Shown piece by piece: positions 5,886 to 13,364 of a stretch of DNA of 20,000 nucleotides. The translations under genes and the position numbers were made by a program. Under the pieces are notes generated by a model. It made no database searches. It saw only the letters and a list, made by a program, of their open reading frames with translations, and was not told where the DNA came from. This DNA is from an uncultured virus (IMG/VR IMGVR_UViG_3300037067_000914) (lineage: Duplodnaviria > Heunggongvirae > Uroviricota > Caudoviricetes): the IMG/VR virus record IMGVR_UViG_3300037067_000914; one strand, 5' to 3'. Positions within the stretch are counted from its first letter, which is position 1. Each line of letters begins with the position of its first letter.

Positions 5886-7523
5886 ATGGCAACAACAACG
5901 GAGGTTAGTGTGCCCCCCACCAAACCTATACCCCCTGTGAGACCGGCCCACTTACGTCGATACGTAGTGGAATTCCGGGACGAATGGGGGGCTAAACAAC
6001 AGACCAAGACTGATAATCAGCTTGGTGAACAGATGATTTTGTTCGGAAGCAGGACTCCTTTGTATAGGTGCTTGGAGTGTGGTAAGAAAGTGGTAATGGT
6101 ATGGTCTGCGTGTTCCTCTTGTCCTGAGAAGGATAAGCATAAGCATTGTGACCATTGCACAGTGCACCTTTGTCAGGATTGTAGACGTAATTACATACAG
6201 CCGTGTAAGAGTTGTGGTGGAATGTCTCCCAGACATCTATTCACGAGATTATCGTCAGGAATATTGGTATGTGATTCCTGTTATAAGAATCTGTGTAGCC
6301 CCTGTGAAAGTTGTGGTTCCAAGGAGCTAAGTCAGGAGCTGGTAAACGTCAGAACAAGTACAACTAAGGTCAAGAAGTATTGTAAGAAGTGCGCGTCTCA
6401 ATACAGAACGTGCACTGAATGTAACAACAAAGCTGTTGACGATCAAATTAGTAAATTAGATAATCTGTACGTCTGTTCGAAGTGTTTACCACAGGTATCA
6501 GCTACTTGTGATTGTTGTAAGAAACTGTTCCATAAGAGAAACGCCAAACAAGTAGCAAGAAGTGGCGAGCTGGTACTACTGTGCAATGAGTGCTTTTCCA
6601 CAAAGTATTTTAAATGTGGGCAGTGTGGAAGTATACATCCACTGAGTAAGGAACACTATACAGATCGAATAACAAAGACTCATTACTGCATTCCCTGTTA
6701 TAAACGAGAGTACAACACTTCGATACAAAACTACTCACTTAAACCCATACCTAAGTGGTTTGGTGGTGGAACATCTCTCTTTATGGGGTTTGAGCTTGAG
6801 GTTGAGATGCCACAGAACCCAAGAGGAGACGAGGCAGATCGAGTCATACAGTACCTACACAAGAATGAAATTTGTAAAGAGATGTTGTACTACAAGAGTG
6901 ATGGATCGTTAAGTCATGGTATTGAGGTAATCACACACCCGTTCGTGTTTGAGTGGATGAAGGAACACAAGGAAGTTATAAAGCACATCAATGGTCTAGC
7001 CAATCTAGGATGTGCTTCGTACCATACCCGAACTTGTGGGTTCCACGTTCATATGTCTAAGGAGGCATTTACTAACGCGCAGTTATTTAAGTTTATGAAA
7101 CTCATATACGAGAACCAAGAATTTACAAAGAAGATTTCACAAAGAACTTCGATTGAACGCATGAGTAGTTACGCGTCACTAACGGCTGGAAATCTAATCA
7201 ATAGGGCAAAGCATAAGAACAACCCACGAGAAGAGCGTAGAGGTGCTGTAAATCTGGCCCCTGCTCACACGGTGGAAGTACGAATATTCCAAGGCAACCT
7301 GAATCAGTCACGTATCTGGAAGAACCTGGAGTTCTGCCATGCTTTGTGGGCGTTTTGTAATGAGGTGACGTTCAAGGAAGTTACTGTACCTGTGTTCACT
7401 AAATTCATACAGGCACATAAGATCAAGTACAAAAACCTTGTACGGTTTCTGACCGGAGAGGTGGTTAAAGAGGACGACGAAGAAGAAGAGCCGACACCAG
7501 TAGTCAAAGGAAGGAGACCGTAG
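5886..7523 (+). CDS. putative amidoligase (COOH-NH2 ligase, Amidoligase_2-like) with N-terminal CxxC zinc-ribbon repeats
   Basis: Motifs GFELEVE, KSDGSL, GIEVITHP, CGFHVHMS, TVEVRIFQG; 14 CxxC motifs in the N-terminal half; ATG 5886 with TAAGGT SD. Confidence 0.85.
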   Translation: MATTTEVSVPPTKPIPPVRPAHLRRYVVEFRDEWGAKQQTKTDNQLGEQMILFGSRTPLYRCLECGKKVVMVWSACSSCPEKDKHKHCDHCTVHLCQDCRRNYIQPCKSCGGMSPRHLFTRLSSGILVCDSCYKNLCSPCESCGSKELSQELVNVRTSTTKVKKYCKKCASQYRTCTECNNKAVDDQISKLDNLYVCSKCLPQVSATCDCCKKLFHKRNAKQVARSGELVLLCNECFSTKYFKCGQCGSIHPLSKEHYTDRITKTHYCIPCYKREYNTSIQNYSLKPIPKWFGGGTSLFMGFELEVEMPQNPRGDEADRVIQYLHKNEICKEMLYYKSDGSLSHGIEVITHPFVFEWMKEHKEVIKHINGLANLGCASYHTRTCGFHVHMSKEAFTNAQLFKFMKLIYENQEFTKKISQRTSIERMSSYASLTAGNLINRAKHKNNPREERRGAVNLAPAHTVEVRIFQGNLNQSRIWKNLEFCHALWAFCNEVTFKEVTVPVFTKFIQAHKIKYKNLVRFLTGEVVKEDDEEEEPTPVVKGRRP

Positions 7524-8309
7524 ATGTGTGTAGCTATTGCCATACCCCCTGGCAAGGAGTTCTCGTACAACACGGCAAAGAACTGCTTCGACCGGAACAG
7601 AGATGGAGCCGGGTTTGCGTTCAACAACTTAGAGACTGGTAAAGTAGAGATACATAAGGGATACTTTACCCTTAAGGACTTCTGGAAGTCGTTTATACAA
7701 TACCGTATGCGATACCACCAGTCATCCTTCATGGCACACTTCCGTATCTCAACGCATGGTAAGGTGGATGAACCTAACTGCCACCCATTCCATGTGTATG
7801 AGGACGAGACATTGGCATTCTGCCACAATGGAATCATATCTGCTATGCCAAAAGACGAGGAGAAGAACGACTCCAGAGTATTCATGGAAATAGTATTACA
7901 ACAGTTACCCAGAGGATTCCAAGACAACTTTGCAATGCAGGTACTGTTACACATGGCAGTAACGTCGTCAAAGCTCCTGTTCCTTGACAATACTGGCAGA
8001 TTTTCCTTTGTAAATAAGAAGGATGGGGAGACAAGTAAAGGGGTGTGGTACTCTAACACTTCCTACAAGTCTTACACAGTCACCACAACAACGTCACATA
8101 GTCTCGCAAAAACAAGAAAGTGCCCCAAGTGTAACCAAGGAACAATATGGACAACAAGTGACGATAAAGCAAATATGTGTTACCACTGCCAAAAGAAATA
8201 CCCGACACATTGTAAGACTTGTTCGATTGAGTTGGCACCTGACGAAAGATACGATGGAGAGTGTAGGATTTGTAGACCCAGGTGGGGGAGAGGAACATAT
8301 GGGTATTAA
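7524..8309 (+). CDS. class II (Ntn) glutamine amidotransferase with C-terminal zinc ribbons
   Basis: N-terminal M-C, NRDGAG, HFRISTHG, NCHPF, HNG, DS motifs; four CxxC at C-terminus; AAGGAG SD. Confidence 0.9.
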   Translation: MCVAIAIPPGKEFSYNTAKNCFDRNRDGAGFAFNNLETGKVEIHKGYFTLKDFWKSFIQYRMRYHQSSFMAHFRISTHGKVDEPNCHPFHVYEDETLAFCHNGIISAMPKDEEKNDSRVFMEIVLQQLPRGFQDNFAMQVLLHMAVTSSKLLFLDNTGRFSFVNKKDGETSKGVWYSNTSYKSYTVTTTTSHSLAKTRKCPKCNQGTIWTTSDDKANMCYHCQKKYPTHCKTCSIELAPDERYDGECRICRPRWGRGTYGY

Positions 8310-8496
8310 GATGACATATGAAGGCTTTGGTTATATGGACCAAAGAGTAATACTGGGGCCGTTAGAATATGCACAAGTAAAAGACTATCTCAGCATCTTT
8401 GTACTCTGTGTACCGGTACTCATGGTACGGTTAGTGATCGCTGAACACAACAGAGGTTGGCATCTTGCAATCTTTGGGTTTAACTTCTCAGCGTGA
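8299..8496 (+). CDS. hypothetical protein
   Basis: Likely start ATG 8299 or 8311 inside the longer track ORF; fills the gap after the GATase. Confidence 0.5.
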   Translation: MGIKMTYEGFGYMDQRVILGPLEYAQVKDYLSIFVLCVPVLMVRLVIAEHNRGWHLAIFGFNFSA

Positions 8497-8507
8497 AGGG
8501 GGGAGCA

Positions 8508-8657
8508 GTGGAATTATACGACGAACCCGCCCAGGAAGATGACACAAGGCGAATGGAAATGTTACTAGCAGAACGTGACTTGGAAGAGGAGCTTTGGCAT
8601 ACTTATTGCTGTAATAAGGCTGTAAATAAAGGCGAAGAAAGGGCAAAACAACCTTGA
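8508..8657 (+). CDS. small acidic hypothetical protein (49 aa)
   Basis: GTG after GGGGGAG; MELYDEPAQEDDTRRMEMLLAERDLEEELWHTYCC... Confidence 0.45.
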   Translation: MELYDEPAQEDDTRRMEMLLAERDLEEELWHTYCCNKAVNKGEERAKQP

Positions 8658-8682
8658 CAACAGGCCCTAATTTTCGTAAGTT
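8654..8682 (+). promoter_or_regulatory. sigma70-type promoter upstream of the replication module
   Basis: TTGACA (8654-8659), 17-nt spacer, TAAGTT (8677-8682). Confidence 0.6.
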
Positions 8683-8717
8683 ATACCCGCACCGCACCAC
8701 AAAATCATAGGTGGCAA

Positions 8718-9182
8718 TTGTCCTACACAGTAAAGTTCCGTTGTAAATCATGTGGTAAAGAATTCGAATCCGAGAGGGTGGAAAGCCCCAATGAGCTTGT
8801 AGCTATTATGGCTGGCCGACACCCGCAAATCCAACCCATTATTGGTCATCCTTGTAACGAGAACGACATAGGTATAGGCGAATGTTGTGGCCTTAACCTC
8901 ATACAGGAGAAGGAATTACGCGTGCTAGAGTCTCCCATAGCGGAGACGGGGGAGCACACGCTAACTGGCAAAAGAGGACGGGGGAGGCCAAAAGCTTCTC
9001 CCTCCTCTGCGCCAGCGATTGATCCCACCAGTAATGTACGTGTATTCCTGGAGAACAGGAACATAGATATCCCTAGTAAAACCAAGAAGTTAACTGAGGA
9101 GAGTGTTGCTAACTCCTTAGATATCAACAACTTGGTAGAGAATACCCCTACTGGCCTACCCACTCAAGTAGACTTGTCCTAA
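8718..9182 (+). CDS. putative DNA-binding protein (zinc ribbon plus AT-hook)
   Basis: FRCKSCGKEF...HPC zinc-ribbon-like N-terminus; KRGRGRPK AT-hook; TTG start. Confidence 0.65.
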   Translation: MSYTVKFRCKSCGKEFESERVESPNELVAIMAGRHPQIQPIIGHPCNENDIGIGECCGLNLIQEKELRVLESPIAETGEHTLTGKRGRGRPKASPSSAPAIDPTSNVRVFLENRNIDIPSKTKKLTEESVANSLDINNLVENTPTGLPTQVDLS

Positions 9183-9191
9183 AACACATTT

Positions 9192-9458
9192 ATGACTGAT
9201 AAAAACGCCACTGGCGTAACAGATATCTTTTCTCTGGACGATATCTCACGTATGTTATTGGTTAGTAAACCTAGCCTACAACACCGAGAGGATATTGGCA
9301 TACTGCCTCAGCCAAAGAAACACGAAGACAACTCACCGTATTACACCCACCACGACGCAGTAGTAATCTGTGACATTTTCTTAGATAACGCCTTCTATGA
9401 CAGAGATTTAGATGAGGTTATCTATAGACCCGTACAACAAGGAGTTAAATGCAATTAG
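9192..9458 (+). CDS. MerR-like helix-turn-helix protein
   Basis: FSLDDISRMLLVSKPSLQHREDIGILPQP...PYYTHHD matches the MerR HTH/wing pattern by eye. Confidence 0.6.
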   Translation: MTDKNATGVTDIFSLDDISRMLLVSKPSLQHREDIGILPQPKKHEDNSPYYTHHDAVVICDIFLDNAFYDRDLDEVIYRPVQQGVKCN

Positions 9459-9604
9459 ACTTGTTCTCAAAAGAAGACTCAAAGGTTCTAGCAAAGCGTC
9501 GCAGAGAACTATGGAATGAGATACTAGCCCTATGGAGAAAAGAGCAGGACGAGTTTTTTCTGTATGGAAAGACCCCAGAACGATATCATATAAATCCTAA
9601 ATAG
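9449..9604 (+). CDS. small protein (51 aa) with N-terminal QLDLF motif
   Basis: MQLDLFSKEDSKVLAKRRRELWNEILALWRKEQDEFFLYGKTPERYHINPK; AAGGAG SD at 9439-9444. Confidence 0.65.
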   Translation: MQLDLFSKEDSKVLAKRRRELWNEILALWRKEQDEFFLYGKTPERYHINPK

Positions 9605-9615
9605 TTAGGACATTA

Positions 9616-11001
9616 ATGCCAGACCAGAACCTGACAGACCTGGGCAATTCGGAGAGACTGGTTGCGAATACTAAGGACGATATGCGGTATTGCCCCGCGT
9701 GGCGTTCATGGCTACACTGGGATGGAAGACATTGGGCTACAGACGACAGCACTGCCATCATGGAGAGGGCTAAGTCAGTCATAGCTTATATGCAAGTGGA
9801 AGCCCAGGGTGCTAATAACGAAGAGTACATGAAGTGGGCACAGAGGTCTGAGGATTATCACCATATCACAGCTATGATCAAGCTGTGTTCCCAGACCACG
9901 GGTGTAACTGTATCACCTGAAGATTTTGATACTAACCCCATGCTTCTTAACTGCATTAACGGGGTCGTAGACCTGGAGTCAGGACAGCTGCTCCCCCATG
10001 ACCGCGCGTACATGATGACCCGATTAGTACCGGTCGTGTACAGACGTACTGCAGAAGCACCACGATGGCGTCAATTCATGCACGAAATCATGTCAGGTAA
10101 TGGTGACTTGGTATACTTCTTGCAGAAGGCTCTAGGGTACTCACTAACAGGTAGTACAAGAGAACAGTGTATGTTCATCTTGTATGGGAAAGGGGCTAAT
10201 GGAAAATCTACTTTCATTGAAGCGATACGGAGTGTGCTTGGGGATTATAGTCGTGCTGCTGACCCCATGGTGTTCACCACTCGTAGGCAGGATTCTATCC
10301 GCACTGACCTTATTCGTTTACGTGGCAGTCGCTTTGTATCTGCTGTTGAACTCAACCAAGACGCGAGGGTAGTCCTAGATGCCGCACTCGTTAAACAAAT
10401 GTCAGGAAACGATACACTGTCAGCGAGAATGCTGTTCTCCAACACCTTCTACGAATTCGTGCCCTCTTGGAAAGTATGGTTGTCTACGAATCCACTGCCT
10501 CATATCCCAGGAACAGACCAAGGAATCTGGAGACGAATCAGACTAATTCGATTTGCGGCTAGTTTCGAAGGAGATGATGCTGATAAGAAGATCGACGAGA
10601 AGTTAGCACAGGAGAAGGAAGGTATACTGGCATGGTTAGTGGAAGGATGTATGAGATGGCAAAGGGAAGGACTGGAACCACCGGCATCAGTACAACGGGA
10701 GGTAAACGCATACCGTGAAGAACTTGATCCTTTGGCGGGATTTATACGAGACAAGTGTCTTGTTCATGATGAGGCGATTATACCGAGCACTGAACTTTAT
10801 GAAGCGTATACTGGCTGGTGTCAAGAAGCAAGGGAGAGACCCATGGGAAAACATCTATTCGGGCAGTCTCTTAAACTACGTCCGGGAATTGAGCAGGAGC
10901 GGACAAATACCCAGCGTTTCTGGACTGGCATCTGCCTTGGACGACAGGCAATTAAGAGGGTACATGTACTCTCAGTATCAACCGGGGAGGACGATGCCTA
11001 G
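9616..11001 (+). CDS. P4/D5-family SF3 helicase (phage/plasmid primase C-terminal part; no primase domain)
   Basis: D5_N-like TDLGNSERL, LLNCINGVVDL, Walker A GKGANGKST, STN...GIWRR, C-terminal winged-helix-like region. Confidence 0.9.
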   Translation: MPDQNLTDLGNSERLVANTKDDMRYCPAWRSWLHWDGRHWATDDSTAIMERAKSVIAYMQVEAQGANNEEYMKWAQRSEDYHHITAMIKLCSQTTGVTVSPEDFDTNPMLLNCINGVVDLESGQLLPHDRAYMMTRLVPVVYRRTAEAPRWRQFMHEIMSGNGDLVYFLQKALGYSLTGSTREQCMFILYGKGANGKSTFIEAIRSVLGDYSRAADPMVFTTRRQDSIRTDLIRLRGSRFVSAVELNQDARVVLDAALVKQMSGNDTLSARMLFSNTFYEFVPSWKVWLSTNPLPHIPGTDQGIWRRIRLIRFAASFEGDDADKKIDEKLAQEKEGILAWLVEGCMRWQREGLEPPASVQREVNAYREELDPLAGFIRDKCLVHDEAIIPSTELYEAYTGWCQEARERPMGKHLFGQSLKLRPGIEQERTNTQRFWTGICLGRQAIKRVHVLSVSTGEDDA

Positions 11002-11214
11002 CTCATATACTACATATTCCACTTCGTGGAGTACTACCTCTAACTCTACTGCCACTACATACGAAGGTTATATCAGCCAACTGCAAGATGTTTATACGCG
11101 GCATCGAAGAATGGCACTAGAATCTATAATACTTGATGACCTACAAGAAATGGCCAAACCAGAACCTAAGGGCCCAAGGTAGGGGACCAACTAGACCTAT
11201 TTGAGGGTAAGTGA
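10994..11214 (+). CDS. Ser/Thr-rich small protein; QLDLFEGK tail lies in the -1 frame (frameshift or sequence error)
   Basis: ATG 10994 with GGAGG SD; frame stops at TAG 11180-11182; shifted frame reads KVGDQLDLFEGK to TGA 11212-11214, overlapping the next start. Confidence 0.55.
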
Positions 11215-11477
11215 TGGCAGAGAACTCACTTTATCAAGTAGTATACGGTACCTACAATGGTATAATACTCTATGATAACGATCGTGACATTCTTAAGGTG
11301 ATGACCCCATTTGGGGGTATGGTCATAATGAATGGTATGTCAGTATGGAGAGAGCATCACTACCATTTAGAACAGTGGGCTAACCAAGTACTGGCCTCGA
11401 TGAATCACCCGCCGCATAAATCGTACCAAACCGCGGATCAGGTAGGAAAACAACTGGAATTGGACCTAAATGTTTGA
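11211..11477 (+). CDS. hypothetical protein with C-terminal QLELDL (hexameric clamp-binding-like motif)
   Basis: 88 aa ending GKQLELDLNV. Confidence 0.7.
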   Translation: MMAENSLYQVVYGTYNGIILYDNDRDILKVMTPFGGMVIMNGMSVWREHHYHLEQWANQVLASMNHPPHKSYQTADQVGKQLELDLNV

Positions 11478-11532
11478 TTTTTATGAAATTGACAAACCCT
11501 CAAAATGCCCCTTGTTTTTATTGAAGTTACGA

Positions 11533-11896
11533 GTGACAAGCTGTGACAAAGTTTTTTTGACTTTGTCACTCGATAAGTGCTTGTTTTTACAAGGGCCAGT
11601 GACGCGGTGACGCATTTTCATGTTATTAATTAAATGTGTGTGATGTTTATATATATACCTATACGCGCTCTTATGCAACCAACGTTGCAAAAACTTTGTC
11701 ACTGTCACAAAAGATCACCGGAAACCATAAAAATCAACAACTTACAACGAAGAAAACTTTGTCACTACTTTGTCACTGATGGCCGAAAACCACTTGAAAA
11801 AGACCCAAAATCAGGCAAAAATTGCCTAGTGACGCGAGTGACGGGGGTTTTGAAAAGTTAAAAAATAGGTTTGAAAAAGGCGTGTCACTTTGTCAC
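11533..11896. repeat. GTGAC/GTCAC iteron-like repeat cluster; candidate replication origin
   Basis: 13 GTGAC/GTCAC pentamers, including five ACTTTGTCAC and one inverted GTGACAAAGT; AT-rich core ~11615-11662; downstream of the SF3 helicase. Confidence 0.75.
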
Positions 11897-11931
11897 ACCG
11901 GCAAAATTTGCCTACTTAGAAAGGAGGTGCT

Positions 11932-11982
11932 GTGAAAAAGGGCAGTAAGAAGCCGAAAGGTAAGAAAAGAACTGGTTGTTAA
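11932..11982 (+). CDS. Lys-rich micropeptide (16 aa)
   Basis: MKKGSKKPKGKKRTGC after an AAAGGAGGTG SD. Confidence 0.45.
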   Translation: MKKGSKKPKGKKRTGC

Positions 11983-12006
11983 CTAATCACAAACGGAGGT
12001 AAAAGT

Positions 12007-12717
12007 ATGGGTGTAGGACTACTTAAGACGTTCTCAGGTGGTATGCTGGACAATGTTGTGGCGGAGATTAAGACGGCGAAGTACGCCGAATGGGAGTACC
12101 CCAACTCTACCCAGGGTCCGGTTCCGTGCGCTCTCATCGGGTTTCTCCCCGAGGACTCTGAGGACGTGAAAGAAGAAGCGTATACTCTTGGTGGTACGGT
12201 GGATAACTGGCGAATCTCCGCCGATGGGAAGACAGTGGATAGTCTCCGTACCAAGGAAGGTAAGGAAGCTGCGTTCAGTGAGAAGTCTAAATGGGGCAGG
12301 TTCGTAAAGGCTCTATCCAAGTGTCTTGTCGAACAGAAGCTTCCCACTGACTGGGCTACGGACGATATCACCAGCCTTATCGGACTTAAGGTTAACCTTG
12401 TACAGGTCGAGTCAGGGGGTAAGGGTACAGGTAAGGGAGAAGTGCGTACCATGGCTGTGCCTGACGAGGTGATTTCCCTCCCCGGTAAGGGAGCAACGGC
12501 TACATCCAGCGCCAATTCTGGTCTGGAAGCAAAGGCCGTGGCTATTATTACCGACATCATCGGGGATAGTGGTGCGCCTAGGTCGTCCCTGGCTACCAAA
12601 ATCTTTACCATGATGAAGTCTGACCCTGACAAAAATGGAGTTGCAGGTCTCATTACTAAAGATGCCTTCATGAATAAGAACTTCAATATTCTTGGCGGCA
12701 TTGTGTACAAGAAGTAG
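12007..12717 (+). CDS. hypothetical protein (236 aa; possible DNA replication/recombination accessory)
   Basis: GGAGGT SD; function suggested only by position next to the candidate origin. Confidence 0.8.
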   Translation: MGVGLLKTFSGGMLDNVVAEIKTAKYAEWEYPNSTQGPVPCALIGFLPEDSEDVKEEAYTLGGTVDNWRISADGKTVDSLRTKEGKEAAFSEKSKWGRFVKALSKCLVEQKLPTDWATDDITSLIGLKVNLVQVESGGKGTGKGEVRTMAVPDEVISLPGKGATATSSANSGLEAKAVAIITDIIGDSGAPRSSLATKIFTMMKSDPDKNGVAGLITKDAFMNKNFNILGGIVYKK

Positions 12718-12779
12718 TGTAGATAGTCGCCCCTAAACCGTGGGGAAATCCCGGATCGAGGACTCTACGGGTGGGGCGG

Positions 12780-12851
12780 TGCGTGGTGGTGCAAGCAGAC
12801 ACAGGCCCACAAAGCTGAAGAGTGCAGGTTCAAGCCCTGCCCACGCACCCA
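12780..12851 (+). tRNA. degenerate tRNA-like gene (pseudo; identity undetermined)
   Basis: Acceptor TGCGTGG/CCACGCA followed by C-CCA; D-like GTG-CAAGCAGA-CAC; T-arm GCAGG-TTCAAGC-CCTGC; imperfect anticodon arm around CCACAAA. Confidence 0.55.
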
Positions 12852-12890
12852 CTTTCATGCTCCCCAGTACGCTTAATAAAGGATAATAGT

Positions 12891-13037
12891 ATGGACGATA
12901 AGTGCGTATGGAGACCATTTATTAAGTTTGGAATACCTTGTTGGCTAACATATTGTGGGCATAAGTACGCAGTTCATCCAAAAGACTTAAACCAGTGTAT
13001 GGGATGTGGCAAGCCGATAGAGGTGGTAAATAAATGA
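12891..13037 (+). CDS. small zinc-ribbon protein (48 aa)
   Basis: MDDKCVW...YCGH...CMGCGKPIEVVNK; AAGGA SD. Confidence 0.6.
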   Translation: MDDKCVWRPFIKFGIPCWLTYCGHKYAVHPKDLNQCMGCGKPIEVVNK

Positions 13038-13159
13038 GCCTGTGCGCGGCGGGGCTTGGCATCGGCTGACTCTATGGAGATATATGTCCATAGTAGGACT
13101 GAAAATCCTATCAAGGGTTGCACCCGCGAAAGCGTATCAGCGACCCCGCGCACGGCTCA
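13035..13159 (+). repeat. structured intergenic element E1
   Basis: TGAGCC(T)GTGCGCGG ... CCGCGCACGGCTCA outer stem; inner hairpins include TAGGA-CTGAAAA-TCCTA. Confidence 0.7.
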
Positions 13160-13181
13160 GTTTAACGAAAGGAGAGGCGGG

Positions 13182-13343
13182 ATGAAGAAGCGTATAGTAC
13201 CCATCAAATACAAATTTGAATGGGAAAGAGCATTTGATGCGTGGTGGGAAAAAGAGCAGGGAAAAACGATGTTGCACTCAAAATATCTGGCAAGAAAGGC
13301 ATGGGAAGCGGCATTGGCGTATAAATTCAAGATGGACAATTAA
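13182..13343 (+). CDS. hypothetical protein (53 aa)
   Basis: MKKRIVPIK...FDAWW...AWEAAL; AAGGAG upstream. Confidence 0.6.
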   Translation: MKKRIVPIKYKFEWERAFDAWWEKEQGKTMLHSKYLARKAWEAALAYKFKMDN

Positions 13344-13364
13344 CCCCCGAAAGGACGGTGGAGA

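Noticed and set aside
7521..7526. In-frame TAG-ATG between amidoligase and GATase, suggesting readthrough or amber recoding
   Set aside because: The GATase has its own AAGGAG SD and needs a free N-terminal Cys; other TAG codons behave as true gene ends and long genes have no internal TAG.
11533..11896. Repeat cluster as a CRISPR array, or ORFs 11481-11708 and 11634-11861 as genes
   Set aside because: Repeats are only 5-10 nt, in both orientations and irregularly spaced; no cas genes; the ORFs are repeat-derived and lack SDs.
12737..12770. Possible hammerhead ribozyme (GAAA present)
   Set aside because: No CUGANGA core in the required arrangement.
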